Under the pieces are notes generated by a model, which saw only the letters and a list, made by a program, of their open reading frames with translations, had not been told where the DNA came from and made no database searches. Below are positions 1 to 12,000 of a stretch of DNA of 64,000 nucleotides, one piece after another (positions within the stretch are counted from its first letter, which is position 1; the number at the start of each line of letters is the position of its first letter). Location of the stretch: the NCBI GenBank assembly GCA_965112735.1, contig OZ218950.1, forward strand, positions 5,270,001 through 5,334,000, in the 5' to 3' direction. Both the position numbers and the translations under genes were made by a program. The stretch is from Phaeosaccion multiseriatum (lineage: Eukaryota; Protista; Ochrophyta, other classes).

Positions 1-3000
1 GCCTGACGGCGGGCAGCGGCACCAGCGGCGCTGGCGCTCTGGTGCAGATGTATGCTGGTGTGAGCACGGTACTGACGGGCGGTGTGGTGAGCATCGGGGG
101 CGGCGAGGGCCGCGCGTCCACGAGCGGGTCTGTGACTGTGCGCTCTCTGAACGCTGGCACGGCTGGCACGAGTGGTCGTCTGGTGTTCAGCTCCGGCACG
201 GCCAACTCCGGCAACAGCGGCGCCGTGCTCATCGGCAGCGGCGCGAGCACGGGAGGGCGCGGCGGCATGGTGAGCCTGACGGCGGGCAGCGGCACCAGCG
301 GCGCTGGCGGTCTGGTGCAGATGTATGCTGGTGTGAGCACGGTACTGACGGGCGGTGTGGTGAGCATCGGAGGCGGCGAGGGCCGCGCATCCACGAGCGG
401 GTCTGTGACTGTGCGCTCTCTGAACGCAGGGGCGGCCGGAACGAGTGGTCGTCTGGTGTTCAGCTCTGGCACGGCCAACTCCGGCAACAGCGGCGCCGTG
501 CTCATCGGCAGCGGCGCCAGCACGGGAGGACGTGGCGGCATGGTGAGCCTGACGGCGGGCAGCGGCACGAGTGGCGCTGGCGGTCTGGTGCAGATGTATG
601 CTGGCGTGAGCACGGTACTGACGGGCGGTGTGGTGAGCATCGGGGGCGGCGAGGGGCGTGCATCCACGAGCGGTTCTGTGACTGTGCGCTCTCTGAACGC
701 TGGCACGAAGGGTGCGAGTGGTCGTCTGGTGTTCAGCTCCGGCACGGCCAACTCCGGCAACAGCGGCGCCGTGCTCATCGGAAGTGGCGCCAGCACGGGA
801 GGACGTGGCGGCATGCTGAGCCTGACGGCGGGCAGCGGCACCAGCGGCGCTGGTGGTCTGGTGCAGATGTATGCTGGTGTGAGCACGGTACTGACGGGCG
901 GTGCGGTGAGCATCGGAGGCGGCGAGGGCCGCGCCTCCACGAGCGGGTCTGTGACTGTGCGCTCTCTGAACGCTGGCACGAAGGGTACGAGCGGTCGCCT
1001 GGTGTTCAGCTCCGGTACGGCCAACTCCGGCAACAGCGGCGCCGTGCTCATCGGCAGCGGCGCCAGCACGGGAGGACGTGGCGGCATGGTGAGCCTGACG
1101 GCGGGCAGTGGCACCAGCGGCGCTGGCGGTCTGGTGCAGATGTATGCTGGCGTGAGCACGGTACTGACGGGCGGTGTGGTGAGCATCGGGGGCGGCGAGG
1201 GCCGCGCGTCCACAAGTGGTTCTGTGACTGTGCGCTCTCTGAACGCTGGCACGGCCGGCACGAGTGGTCGTCTGGTGTTCAGCTCCGGCACGGCCAACTC
1301 CGGCAACAGCGGCGCCGTGCTCATCGGCAGCGGCGCCAGCACGGGAGGACGCGGCGGCATGGTGAGCCTGACGGCGGGCAGCGGCACTAGTGGCGCTGGC
1401 GGTCTGGTGCAGATGTATGCCGGCGTGAGCACGGTACTGACGGGCGGTGTGGTGAGCATCGGGGGCGGTGAGGGCCGCGCGTCCACAAGTGGGTCTGTGA
1501 CTGTGCGCTCTCTGAACGCTGGCACGAAGGGTACGAGTGGTCGCCTGGTGTTCAGCTCCGGCACGGCCAACTCCGGCAACAGCGGCGCCGTGCTCATCGG
1601 CAGCGGCGCCAGCACGGGAGGACGTGGCGGCATGGTGAGCCTGACGGCGGGCAGCGGCACGAGTGGCGCTGGCGGTCTGGTGCAGATGTATGCTGGCGTG
1701 AGCACGGCACTGACGGGCGGTGTGGTGAGCATCGGGGGCGGCGAGGGCCGCGCGTCCACGAGCGGGTCTGTGACTGTGCGCTCCCTGAACGCTGGCACGG
1801 CTGGCACGAGTGGTCGTCTGGTGTTCAGCTCCGGCACGGCCAACTCCGGCAACAGCGGCGCCGTGCTCATCGGCAGCGGCGCCAGCACGGGAGGACGTGG
1901 CGGCATGGTGAGCCTGACGGCGGGCAGCGGCACCAGCGGCGCTGGCGGCTTGGTGCAGATGTATGCTGGTGTGAGCACGGTACTGACGGGCGGTGTGGTG
2001 AGCATCGGGGGCGGCGAGGGCCGCGCGTCCACGAGCGGGTCTGTGACTGTGCGCTCTCTGAACGCTGGCACGGCCGGTACGAGTGGTCGTCTGGTGTTCA
2101 GCTCCGGCACGGCCAACTCCGGCAACAGCGGCGCCGTGCTCATCGGCAGTGGCGCCAGTACGGGAGGGCGTGGTGGCATGGTGAGCCTGACGGCGGGCAG
2201 CGGCACCAGCGGCGCTGGCGGTCTGGTGCAGATGTATGCTGGTGTGAGCACGGTACTGACGGGCGGTGTGGTGAGCATCGGGGGCGGCGAGGGTCGCGCG
2301 TCCACGAGTGGGTCTGTGACTGTGCGCTCTCTGAACGCTGGCACGGCTGGTACGAGTGGTCGTCTGGTGTTCAGCTCTGGCACAGCCAACTCCGGCAACA
2401 GCGGCGCCGTGCTCATCGGCAGCGGCGCCAGCACGGGAGGGCGTGGCGGCATGGTGAGCTTGACGGCGGGCAGCGGCACCAGCGGCGCTGGCGGTCTGGT
2501 GCAGATGTATGCTGGCGTGAGCACGGTACTGACGGGCGGTGTGGTGAGCATCGGAGGCGGCGAGGGCCGCGCGTCCACGAGCGGGTCTGTGACTGTGCGC
2601 TCTCTGAACGCTGGCACGGCTGGCACGAGTGGTCGTCTGGTGTTCAGCTCCGGCACGGCCAACTCCGGCAACAGCGGCGCCGTGCTCATCGGCAGCGGCG
2701 CCAGCACGGGAGGGCGTGGCGGCATGGTGAGCCTGACGGTGGGCAGCGGCACGAGTGGCGCTGGCGGTCTGGTGCAGATGTATGCTGGTGTGAGCACGGT
2801 ACTGACGGGTGGAGTAGTGAGTATCGGGGGCGGCGAGGGTCGTGCATCCACGAGCGGGTCTGTGACTGTGCGCTCTCTGAACGCTGGCACGGCTGGCACG
2901 AGTGGTCGTCTGGTGTTCAGCTCCGGCACGGCCAACTCCGGCAACAGCGGCGCCGTGCTCATCGGCAGCGGCGCCAGCACGGGAGGACGTGGCGGCATGC

Positions 3001-6000
3001 TGAGCCTGACGGCGGGCAGCGGCACCAGCGGCGCTGGCGGTCTGGTGCAGATGTATGCTGGTGTGAGCACGGCTCTGACGGGCGGTGTGGTGAGCATCGG
3101 GGGCGGCGAGGGTCGTGCATCCACGAGCGGGTCTGTGACTGTGCGCTCTCTGAACGCTGGCACGAAGGGTACGAGTGGTCGTCTGGTGTTCAGCTCCGGC
3201 ACGGCCAACTCCGGCAACAGCGGCGCCGTGCTCATCGGCAGCGGCGCCAGCACGGGAGGACGTGGCGGCATGGTGAGCCTGACGGCGGGCAGCGGCACGA
3301 GTGGCGCTGGCGGTCTGGTGCAGATGTATGCCGGCGTGAGCACTGTACTGACGGGCGGTGTGGTGAGCATCGGGGGCGGCGAGGGCCGCGCATCCACAAG
3401 CGGGTCTGTGACTGTGCGCTCTCTGAACGCTGGCACGGCCGGCACGAGTGGTCGTCTGGTGTTCAGCTCCGGCACGGCCAACTCCGGCAACAGCGGCGCC
3501 GTGCTCATCGGCAGCGGCGCCAGCACGGGAGGACGTGGCGGCATGGTGAGCCTGACGGCGGGCAGCGGCACCAGCGGCGCTGGCGGTCTGGTGCAGATGT
3601 ATGCTGGTGTGAGCACGGCCCTGACGGGCGGTGTGGTGAGCATCGGGGGCGGCGAGGGCCGCGCGTCCACGAGCGGGTCTGTGACTGTGCGGTCTCTGAA
3701 CGCTGGTACGGCTGGCACGAGTGGTCGTCTGGTGTTCAGCTCTGGCACGGCCAACTCCGGCAACAGCGGCGCCGTGCTCATCGGCAGCGGCGCCAGCACG
3801 GGAGGACGCGGCGGCATGGTGAGCCTGACGGCGGGCAGCGGCACCAGCGGCGCTGGCGGTCTGGTGCAGATGTATGCTGGTGTGAGCACGGTACTGACGG
3901 GCGGAGTGGTGAGCATCGGGGGCGGCGAGGGCCGCGCGTCCACGAGCGGGTCTGTGACTGTGCGCTCTCTGAACGCGGGCGCGGCCGGTACGAGTGGTCG
4001 TCTGGTGTTCAGCTCCGGCACGGCCAACTCCGGCAACAGCGGCGCCGTGCTCATCGGCAGCGGCGCCAGCACGGGAGGACGTGGCGGCATGCTGAGCCTG
4101 ACGGCGGGCAGCGGCACCAGCGGCGCTGGCGGTCTGGTGCAGATGTATGCTGGTGTGAGCACGGTACTGACGGGCGGTGTGGTGAGTATCGGGGGCGGCG
4201 AGGGTCGCGCGTCCACGAGCGGGTCTGTGACTGTGCGCTCTCTGAACGCTGGCACGGCTGGCACGAGTGGTCGTCTGGTGTTCAGCTCCGGCACGGCCAA
4301 CTCCGGCAACAGCGGCGCCGTGCTCATCGGCAGCGGCGCGAGCACGGGAGGACGTGGCGGCATGGTGAGCCTGACGGCGGGCAGCGGCACCAGCGGCGCT
4401 GGCGGTCTGGTGCAGATGTATGCTGGTGTGAGCACGGTACTGACGGGCGGTGTGGTGAGCATCGGGGGCGGCGAGGGCCGCGCGTCCACGAGCGGGTCTG
4501 TGACTGTGCGCTCTCTGAACGCTGGCACGGCTGGTACGAGTGGTCGTCTGGTGTTCAGCTCCGGCACGGCCAACTCCGGCAACAGCGGCGCCGTGCTCAT
4601 CGGCAGCGGCGCCAGCACGGGAGGACGTGGCGGCATGGTGAGCCTGACGGCGGGCAGCGGCACCAGCGGCGCTGGCGGTCTGGTGCAGATGTATGCTGGT
4701 GTGAGCACGGTACTGACGGGAGGTGTGGTGAGCATCGGGGGCGGCGAGGGCCGCGCGTCCACGAGCGGGTCTGTGACTGTGCGCTCTCTGAACGCTGGCA
4801 CGGCTGGCACGAGTGGTCGTCTGGTGTTCAGCTCCGGCACGGCCAACTCCGGCAACAGCGGCGCCGTGCTCATCGGCAGCGGCGCCAGCACGGGAGGACG
4901 CGGCGGCATGGTGAGCCTGACGGCGGGCAGCGGCACCAGCGGCGCTGGCGGTCTGGTGCAGATGTATGCTGGTGTGAGCACGGTACTGACGGGCGGTGTG
5001 GTGAGCATCGGGGGCGGCGAGGGCCGCGCGTCCACGAGCGGGTCTGTGACTGTGCGCTCCCTGAACGCTGGCACGGCTGGCACGAGTGGTCGTCTGGTGT
5101 TCAGCTCCGGCACGGCCAACTCCGGCAACAGCGGCGCCGTGCTCATCGGCAGCGGCGCGAGCACGGGAGGACGTGGCGGCATGCTGAGCCTGACGGCGGG
5201 CAGCGGCACCAGCGGCGCTGGCGGTCTGGTGCAGATGTATGCTGGTGTGAGCACGGTACTGACGGGCGGTGTGGTGAGTATCGGGGGCGGCGAGGGCCGC
5301 GCGTCCACGAGCGGGTCTGTGACTGTGCGCTCTCTGAACGCTGGCACGAAGGGTACGAGTGGTCGTCTGGTGTTCAGCTCTGGCACGGCCAACTCCGGCA
5401 ACAGCGGCGCCGTGCTCATCGGCAGCGGCGCCAGCACGGGAGGACGTGGTGGCATGCTGAGCCTGACGGCGGGCAGCGGCACCAGCGGCGCTGGCGGTCT
5501 GGTGCAGATGTATGCTGGCGTGAGCACGGTACTGACGGGCGGTGTGGTGAGCATCGGGGGCGGCGAGGGCCGCACGTCCACGAGCGGGTCTGTGACTGTG
5601 CGCTCTCTGAACGCTGGCACGGCTGGTACGAGTGGTCGTCTGGTGTTCAGCTCCGGCACGGCCAACTCCGGCAACAGCGGCGCCGTGCTCATCGGCAGCG
5701 GCGCCAGCACGGGAGGACGCGGCGGCATGGTGAGCCTGACGGCGGGCAGCGGCACCAGCGGCGCTGGCGGTCTGGTGCAGATGTATGCTGGTGTGAGCAC
5801 GGTACTGACGGGCGGTGTGGTGAGCATCGGGGGCGGCGAGGGCCGCGCGTCCACGAGCGGGTCTGTGACTGTGCGCTCTCTGAACGCTGGCACGGCTGGT
5901 ACGAGTGGTCGTCTGGTGTTCAGCTCCGGCACGGCCAACTCCGGCAACAGCGGCGCCGTGCTCATCGGCAGCGGCGCCAGCACGGGAGGACGTGGCGGCA

Positions 6001-9000
6001 TGCTGAGCCTGACGGCGGGCAGCGGTACCAGCGGCGCTGGCGGTCTGGTGCAGATGTATGCTGGTGTGAGCACGGTACTGACGGGCGGTGTGGTGAGCAT
6101 CGGGAGCGGCGAGGGCCGCGCGTCCACGAGCGGGTCTGTGACTGTGCGCTCTCTGAACGCTGGCACGGCTGGTACGAGTGGTCGTCTGGTGTTCAGCTCC
6201 GGCACGGCCAACTCCGGCAACAGCGGCGCCGTGCTCATCGGCAGCGGCGCCAGCACGGGAGGGCGCGGCGGCATGGTGAGCCTGACGGCGGGCAGCGGCA
6301 CCAGCGGCGCTGGCGGCTTGGTGCAGATGTATGCTGGTGTGAGCACGGTACTGACGGGCGGTGTGGTGAGCATCGGGGGCGGCGAGGGCCGCGCGTCCAC
6401 AAGCGGGTCTGTGACTGTGCGCTCTCTGAACGCTGGCACGGCCGGCACGAGTGGTCGTCTGGTGTTCAGCTCCGGCACGGCCAACTCCGGCAACAGCGGC
6501 GCCGTGCTCATCGGCAGCGGCGCCAGCACGGGAGGACGTGGCGGCATGGTGAGCCTGACGGCGGGCAGCGGCACCAGCGGCGCTGGCGGTCTGGTGCAGA
6601 TGTATGCTGGCGTGAGCACGGTACTGACGGGCGGTGTGGTGAGCATCGGGGGCGGTGAGGGCCGCGCATCCACAAGCGGGTCTGTGACTGTGCGCTCTCT
6701 GAACGCTGGCACGGCCGGCACGAGTGGTCGTCTGGTGTTCAGCTCCGGCACGGCCAACTCCGGCAACAGCGGCGCCGTGCTCATCGGCAGCGGCGCCAGC
6801 ACGGGAGGACGTGGCGGCATGGTGAGCCTGACGGCGGGCAGCGGCACCAGCGGCGCTGGCGGTCTGGTGCAGATGTATGCTGGTGTGAGCACGGTACTGA
6901 CGGGCGGTGTGGTGAGCATCGGGGGCGGCGAGGGTCGCGCGTCCACGAGCGGGTCTGTGACTGTGCGCTCTCTGAACGCTGGCACGGCTGGCACGAGTGG
7001 TCGTCTGGTGTTCAGCTCCGGCACGGCCAACTCCGGCAACAGCGGCGCCGTGCTCATCGGGAGCGGCGCCAGCACGGGAGGACGTGGCGGCATGGTGAGC
7101 CTGACGGCGGGCAGCGGCACCAGCGGCGCTGGCGGCTTGGTGCAGATGTATGCTGGTGTGAGTACGGTACTGACGGGCGGTGTGGTGAGCATCGGGGGCG
7201 GCGAGGGCCGCGCGTCCACGAGCGGGTCTGTGACTGTGCGCTCTCTGAACGCTGGCACGGCTGGTACGAGTGGTCGTCTGGTGTTCAGCTCCGGCACGGC
7301 CAACTCCGGCAACAGCGGCGCCGTGCTCATCGGCAGCGGCGCCAGCACGGGAGGACGTGGCGGCATGCTGAGCCTGACGGCGGGCAGCGGCACCAGCGGC
7401 GCTGGCGGTCTGGTGCAGATGTATGCTGGTGTGAGCACGGTACTGACGGGCGGTGTGGTGAGCATCGGGGGCGGCGAGGGTCGCGCGTCCACGAGCGGGT
7501 CTGTGACTGTGCGCTCTCTGAACGCTGGCACGAAGGGTACGAGTGGTCGTCTGGTGTTCAGCTCCGGTACGGCCAACTCCGGCAACAGCGGCGCCGTGCT
7601 CATCGGCAGCGGCGCGAGCACAGGAGGACGTGGTGGCATGGTGAGCCTGACGGCGGGCAGCGGCACCAGCGGCGCTGGCGGTCTGGTGCAGATGTATGCT
7701 GGTGTGAGCACGGTACTGACGGGCGGTGTGGTGAGCATCGGGGGCGGCGAGGGCCGCGCGTCCACGAGCGGGTCTGTGACTGTGCGCTCTCTGAACGCTG
7801 GCACGGCTGGTACGAGTGGTCGTCTGGTGTTCAGCTCCGGCACGGCCAGCTCCGGCAACAGCGGCGCCGTGCTCATCGGCAGCGGCGCCAGCACGGGAGG
7901 GCGTGGCGGCATGCTGAGCCTGACGGCGGGCAGCGGCACCAGCGGCGCCGGCGGTCTGGTGCAGATGTATGCTGGTGTGAGCACGGTACTGACGGGCGGA
8001 GTGGTGAGCATCGGGGGCGGCGAGGGCCGCGCGTCCACGAGCGGGTCTGTGACTGTGCGCTCTCTGAACGCTGGCACGGCTGGCACAAGTGGTCGTCTGG
8101 TGTTCAGCTCCGGCACGGCCAACTCCGGCAACAGCGGCGCCGTGCTCATCGGCAGCGGCGCCAGCACGGGAGGACGTGGTGGCATGCTGAGCCTGACGGC
8201 GGGCAGCGGTACCAGCGGCGCTGGCGGTCTGGTGCAGATGTATGCTGGTGTGAGCACGGTACTGACGGGCGGTGTGGTGAGCATCGGGGGCGGCGAGGGT
8301 CGCGCGTCCACAAGTGGGTCTGTGACTGTGCGCTCTCTGAACGCTGGCACGGCTGGCACGAGTGGTCGTCTGGTATTCAGCTCCGGCACGGCCAACTCCG
8401 GCAACAGCGGCGCCGTGCTCATCGGCAGCGGCGCGAGCACAGGAGGACGTGGTGGCATGGTGAGCCTGACGGCGGGCAGCGGCACTAGCGGCGCTGGCGG
8501 TCTGGTGCAGATGTATGCTGGTGTGAGCACGGTACTGACGGGCGGTGTGGTGAGCATCGGGGGCGGCGAGGGCCGCGCGTCCACGAGCGGGTCTGTGACT
8601 GTGCGCTCTCTGAACGCTGGCACGGCTGGCACGAGTGGTCGTCTGGTGTTCAGCTCCGGCACGGCCAACTCCGGCAACAGCGGCGCCGTGCTCATCGGCA
8701 GCGGCGCCAGCACGGGAGGACGTGGCGGCATGCTGAGCCTGACGGCGGGCAGCGGCACCAGCGGCGCTGGCGGTCTGGTGCAGATGTATGCTGGTGTGAG
8801 CACGGTACTGACGGGCGGTGTGGTGAGCATCGGGGGCGGCGAGGGCCGCGCGTCCACGAGCGGGTCTGTGACTGTGCGCTCTCTGAACGCTGGCACGGCT
8901 GGTACGAGTGGTCGTCTGGTGTTCAGCTCCGGCACGGCCAACTCCGGCAACAGCGGCGCCGTGCTCATCGGCAGCGGCGCCAGCACGGGAGGACGTGGCG

Positions 9001-12000
9001 GCATGCTGAGCCTGACGGCGGGCAGCGGCACCAGCGGCGCTGGCGGTCTGGTGCAGATGTATGCTGGTGTGAGCACGGTACTGACGGGCGGAGTAGTGAG
9101 CATCGGGGGCGGCGAGGGCCGCGCGTCCACGAGCGGATCTGTGACTGTGCGCTCTCTGAACGCTGGCACGGCTGGTACGAGTGGTCGTCTGGTGTTCAGC
9201 TCCGGCACGGCCAACTCCGGCAACAGCGGCGCCGTGCTCATCGGCAGCGGCGCCAGTACGGGAGGACGTGGCGGCATGGTGAGCCTGACGGCGGGCAGCG
9301 GCACTAGCGGCGCTGGCGGTCTGGTGCAGATGTATGCTGGTGTGAGCACGGTACTGACGGGTGGAGTAGTGAGCATCGGGGGCGGCGAGGGTCGCGCATC
9401 CACGAGCGGGTCTGTGACTGTGCGCTCTCTGAACGCTGGCACGGCTGGCACGAGTGGTCGTCTGGTGTTCAGCTCCGGCACGGCCAACTCCGGCAACAGC
9501 GGCTCCGTGCTCATCGGCAGCGGCGCCAGTACGGGAGGACGTGGCGGCATGGTGAGCCTGACGGCGGGCAGCGGCACCAGCGGCGCTGGCGGTCTGGTGC
9601 AGATGTATGCTGGCGTGAGCACGGTACTGACGGGCGGTGTGGTGAGCATCGGGGGCGGCGAGGGCCGCGCGTCCACGAGCGGGTCTGTGACTGTGCGCTC
9701 TCTGAACGCTGGCACGGCTGGCACGAGTGGTCGTCTGGTGTTCAGCTCCGGCACGGCCAACTCCGGCAACAGCGGCGCCGTGCTCATCGGCAGCGGCGCC
9801 AGCACGGGAGGACGTGGCGGCATGGTGAGCCTGACGGCGGGCAGCGGCACCAGCGGCGCAGGCGGTCTGGTGCAGATGTATGCTGGTGTGAGTACGGTAC
9901 TGACGGGCGGAGTAGTGAGCATCGGGAGCGGCGAGGGCCGCGCGTCCACGAGCGGGTCTGTGACTGTGCGCTCTCTGAACGCTGGCACGGCTGGAGCGAG
10001 TGGTCGTCTGGTGTTCAGCTCCGGCACGGCCAACTCCGGCAACAGCGGCGCCGTGCTCATCGGCAGCGGCGCCAGCACGGGAGGGCGTGGCGGCATGCTG
10101 AGCCTGACGGCGGGCAGCGGCACCAGCGGCGCTGGCGGTCTGGTGCAGATGTATGCTGGTGTGAGCACGGTACTGACGGGTGGCGTAGTGAGCATCGGGG
10201 GCGGCGAGGGCCGCGCGTCCACGAGCGGGTCTGTGACTGTGCGCTCTCTGAACGCTGGCACGGCTGGCACGAGTGGTCGTCTGGTGTTCAGCTCCGGCAC
10301 GGCCAACTCCGGCAACAGCGGCGCCGTGCTCATCGGCAGCGGCGCCAGCACGGGAGGACGCGGCGGCATGGTGAGCCTGACGGCGGGCAGCGGCACCAGC
10401 GGCGCTGGCGGTCTGGTGCAGATGTATGCCGGCGTGAGCACGGTACTGACGGGCGGTGTGGTGAGCATCGGGGGCGGCGAGGGCCGCGCGTCCACGAGCG
10501 GGTCTGTGACTGTGCGCTCTCTGAACGCTGGCACGGCTGGTACGAGTGGTCGTCTGGTGTTCAGCTCCGGCACGGCCAACTCCGGCAACAGCGGCGCCGT
10601 GCTCATCGGCAGCGGCGCCAGCACGGGAGGACGTGGTGGCATGCTGAGCCTGACGGCGGGCAGCGGCACCAGCGGCGCTGGCGGTCTGGTGCAGATGTAT
10701 GCTGGTGTGAGCACGGTACTGACGGGCGGTGTGGTGAGCATCGGGGGCGGTGAGGGCCGCGCGTCCACGAGCGGATCTGTGACTGTGCGCTCTCTGAACG
10801 CTGGCACGGCTGGTACGAGTGGTCGTCTGGTGTTCAGCTCCGGCACGGCCAACTCCGGCAACAGCGGCGCCGTGCTCATCGGCAGCGGCGCCAGCACGGG
10901 AGGACGCGGCGGCATGGTGAGCCTGACGGCGGGCAGCGGCACCAGCGGCGCTGGCGGTCTGGTGCAGATGTATGCTGGTGTGAGCACGGTACTGACGGGC
11001 GGAGTAGTGAGCATCGGAGGCGGCGAGGGCCGCGCGTCCACGAGCGGGTCTGTGACTGTGCGCTCTCTGAACGCTGGCACGGCTGGCACGAGTGGTCGTC
11101 TGGTGTTCAGCTCCGGCACGGCCAACTCCGGCAACAGCGGCGCCGTGCTCATCGGCAGCGGCGCCAGCACGGGAGGACGTGGCGGCATGGTGAGCCTGAC
11201 GGCGGGCAGCGGTACCAGCGGCGCTGGCGGTCTGGTGCAGATGTATGCTGGCGTGAGCACGGTACTGACGGGCGGTGTGGTGAGCATCGGGGGCGGCGAG
11301 GGCCGCGCGTCCACGAGCGGGTCTGTGACTGTGCGCTCTCTGAACGCTGGCAAGGCTGGCACGAGTGGTCGTCTGGTGTTCAGCTCCGGCACGGCCAACT
11401 CCGGCAACAGCGGCGCCGTGCTCATCGGCAGCGGCGCCAGCACGGGAGGGCGTGGTGGCATGCTGAGCCTGACGGCGGGCAGCGGCACCAGCGGCGCTGG
11501 CGGTCTGGTGCAGATGTATGCTGGCGTGAGCACGGTACTGACGGGCGGTGTGGTGAGCATCGGGGGCGGCGAAGGCCGCGCGTCCACGAGCGGGTCTGTG
11601 ACTGTGCGCTCTCTGAACGCTGGCACGAAGGGTACGAGTGGTCGTCTGGTGTTCAGCTCCGGCACGGCCAACTCCGGCAACAGCGGCGCCGTGCTCATCG
11701 GCAGCGGCGCCAGCACGGGAGGACGCGGCGGCATGGTGAGCTTGACGGCGGGCAGCGGCACCAGCGGCGCTGGCGGTCTGGTGCAGATGTATGCTGGTGT
11801 GAGTACGGTACTGACGGGCGGTGTGGTGAGCATCGGGGGCGGCGAGGGCCGCGCGTCCACGAGCGGGTCTGTGACTGTGCGCTCACTGAACGCTGGCACG
11901 GCTGGCACGAGTGGTCGTCTGGTGTTCAGCTCCGGCACGGCCAACTCCGGCAACAGCGGCGCCGTGCTCATCGGCAGCGGCGCCAGCACGGGAGGGCGTG

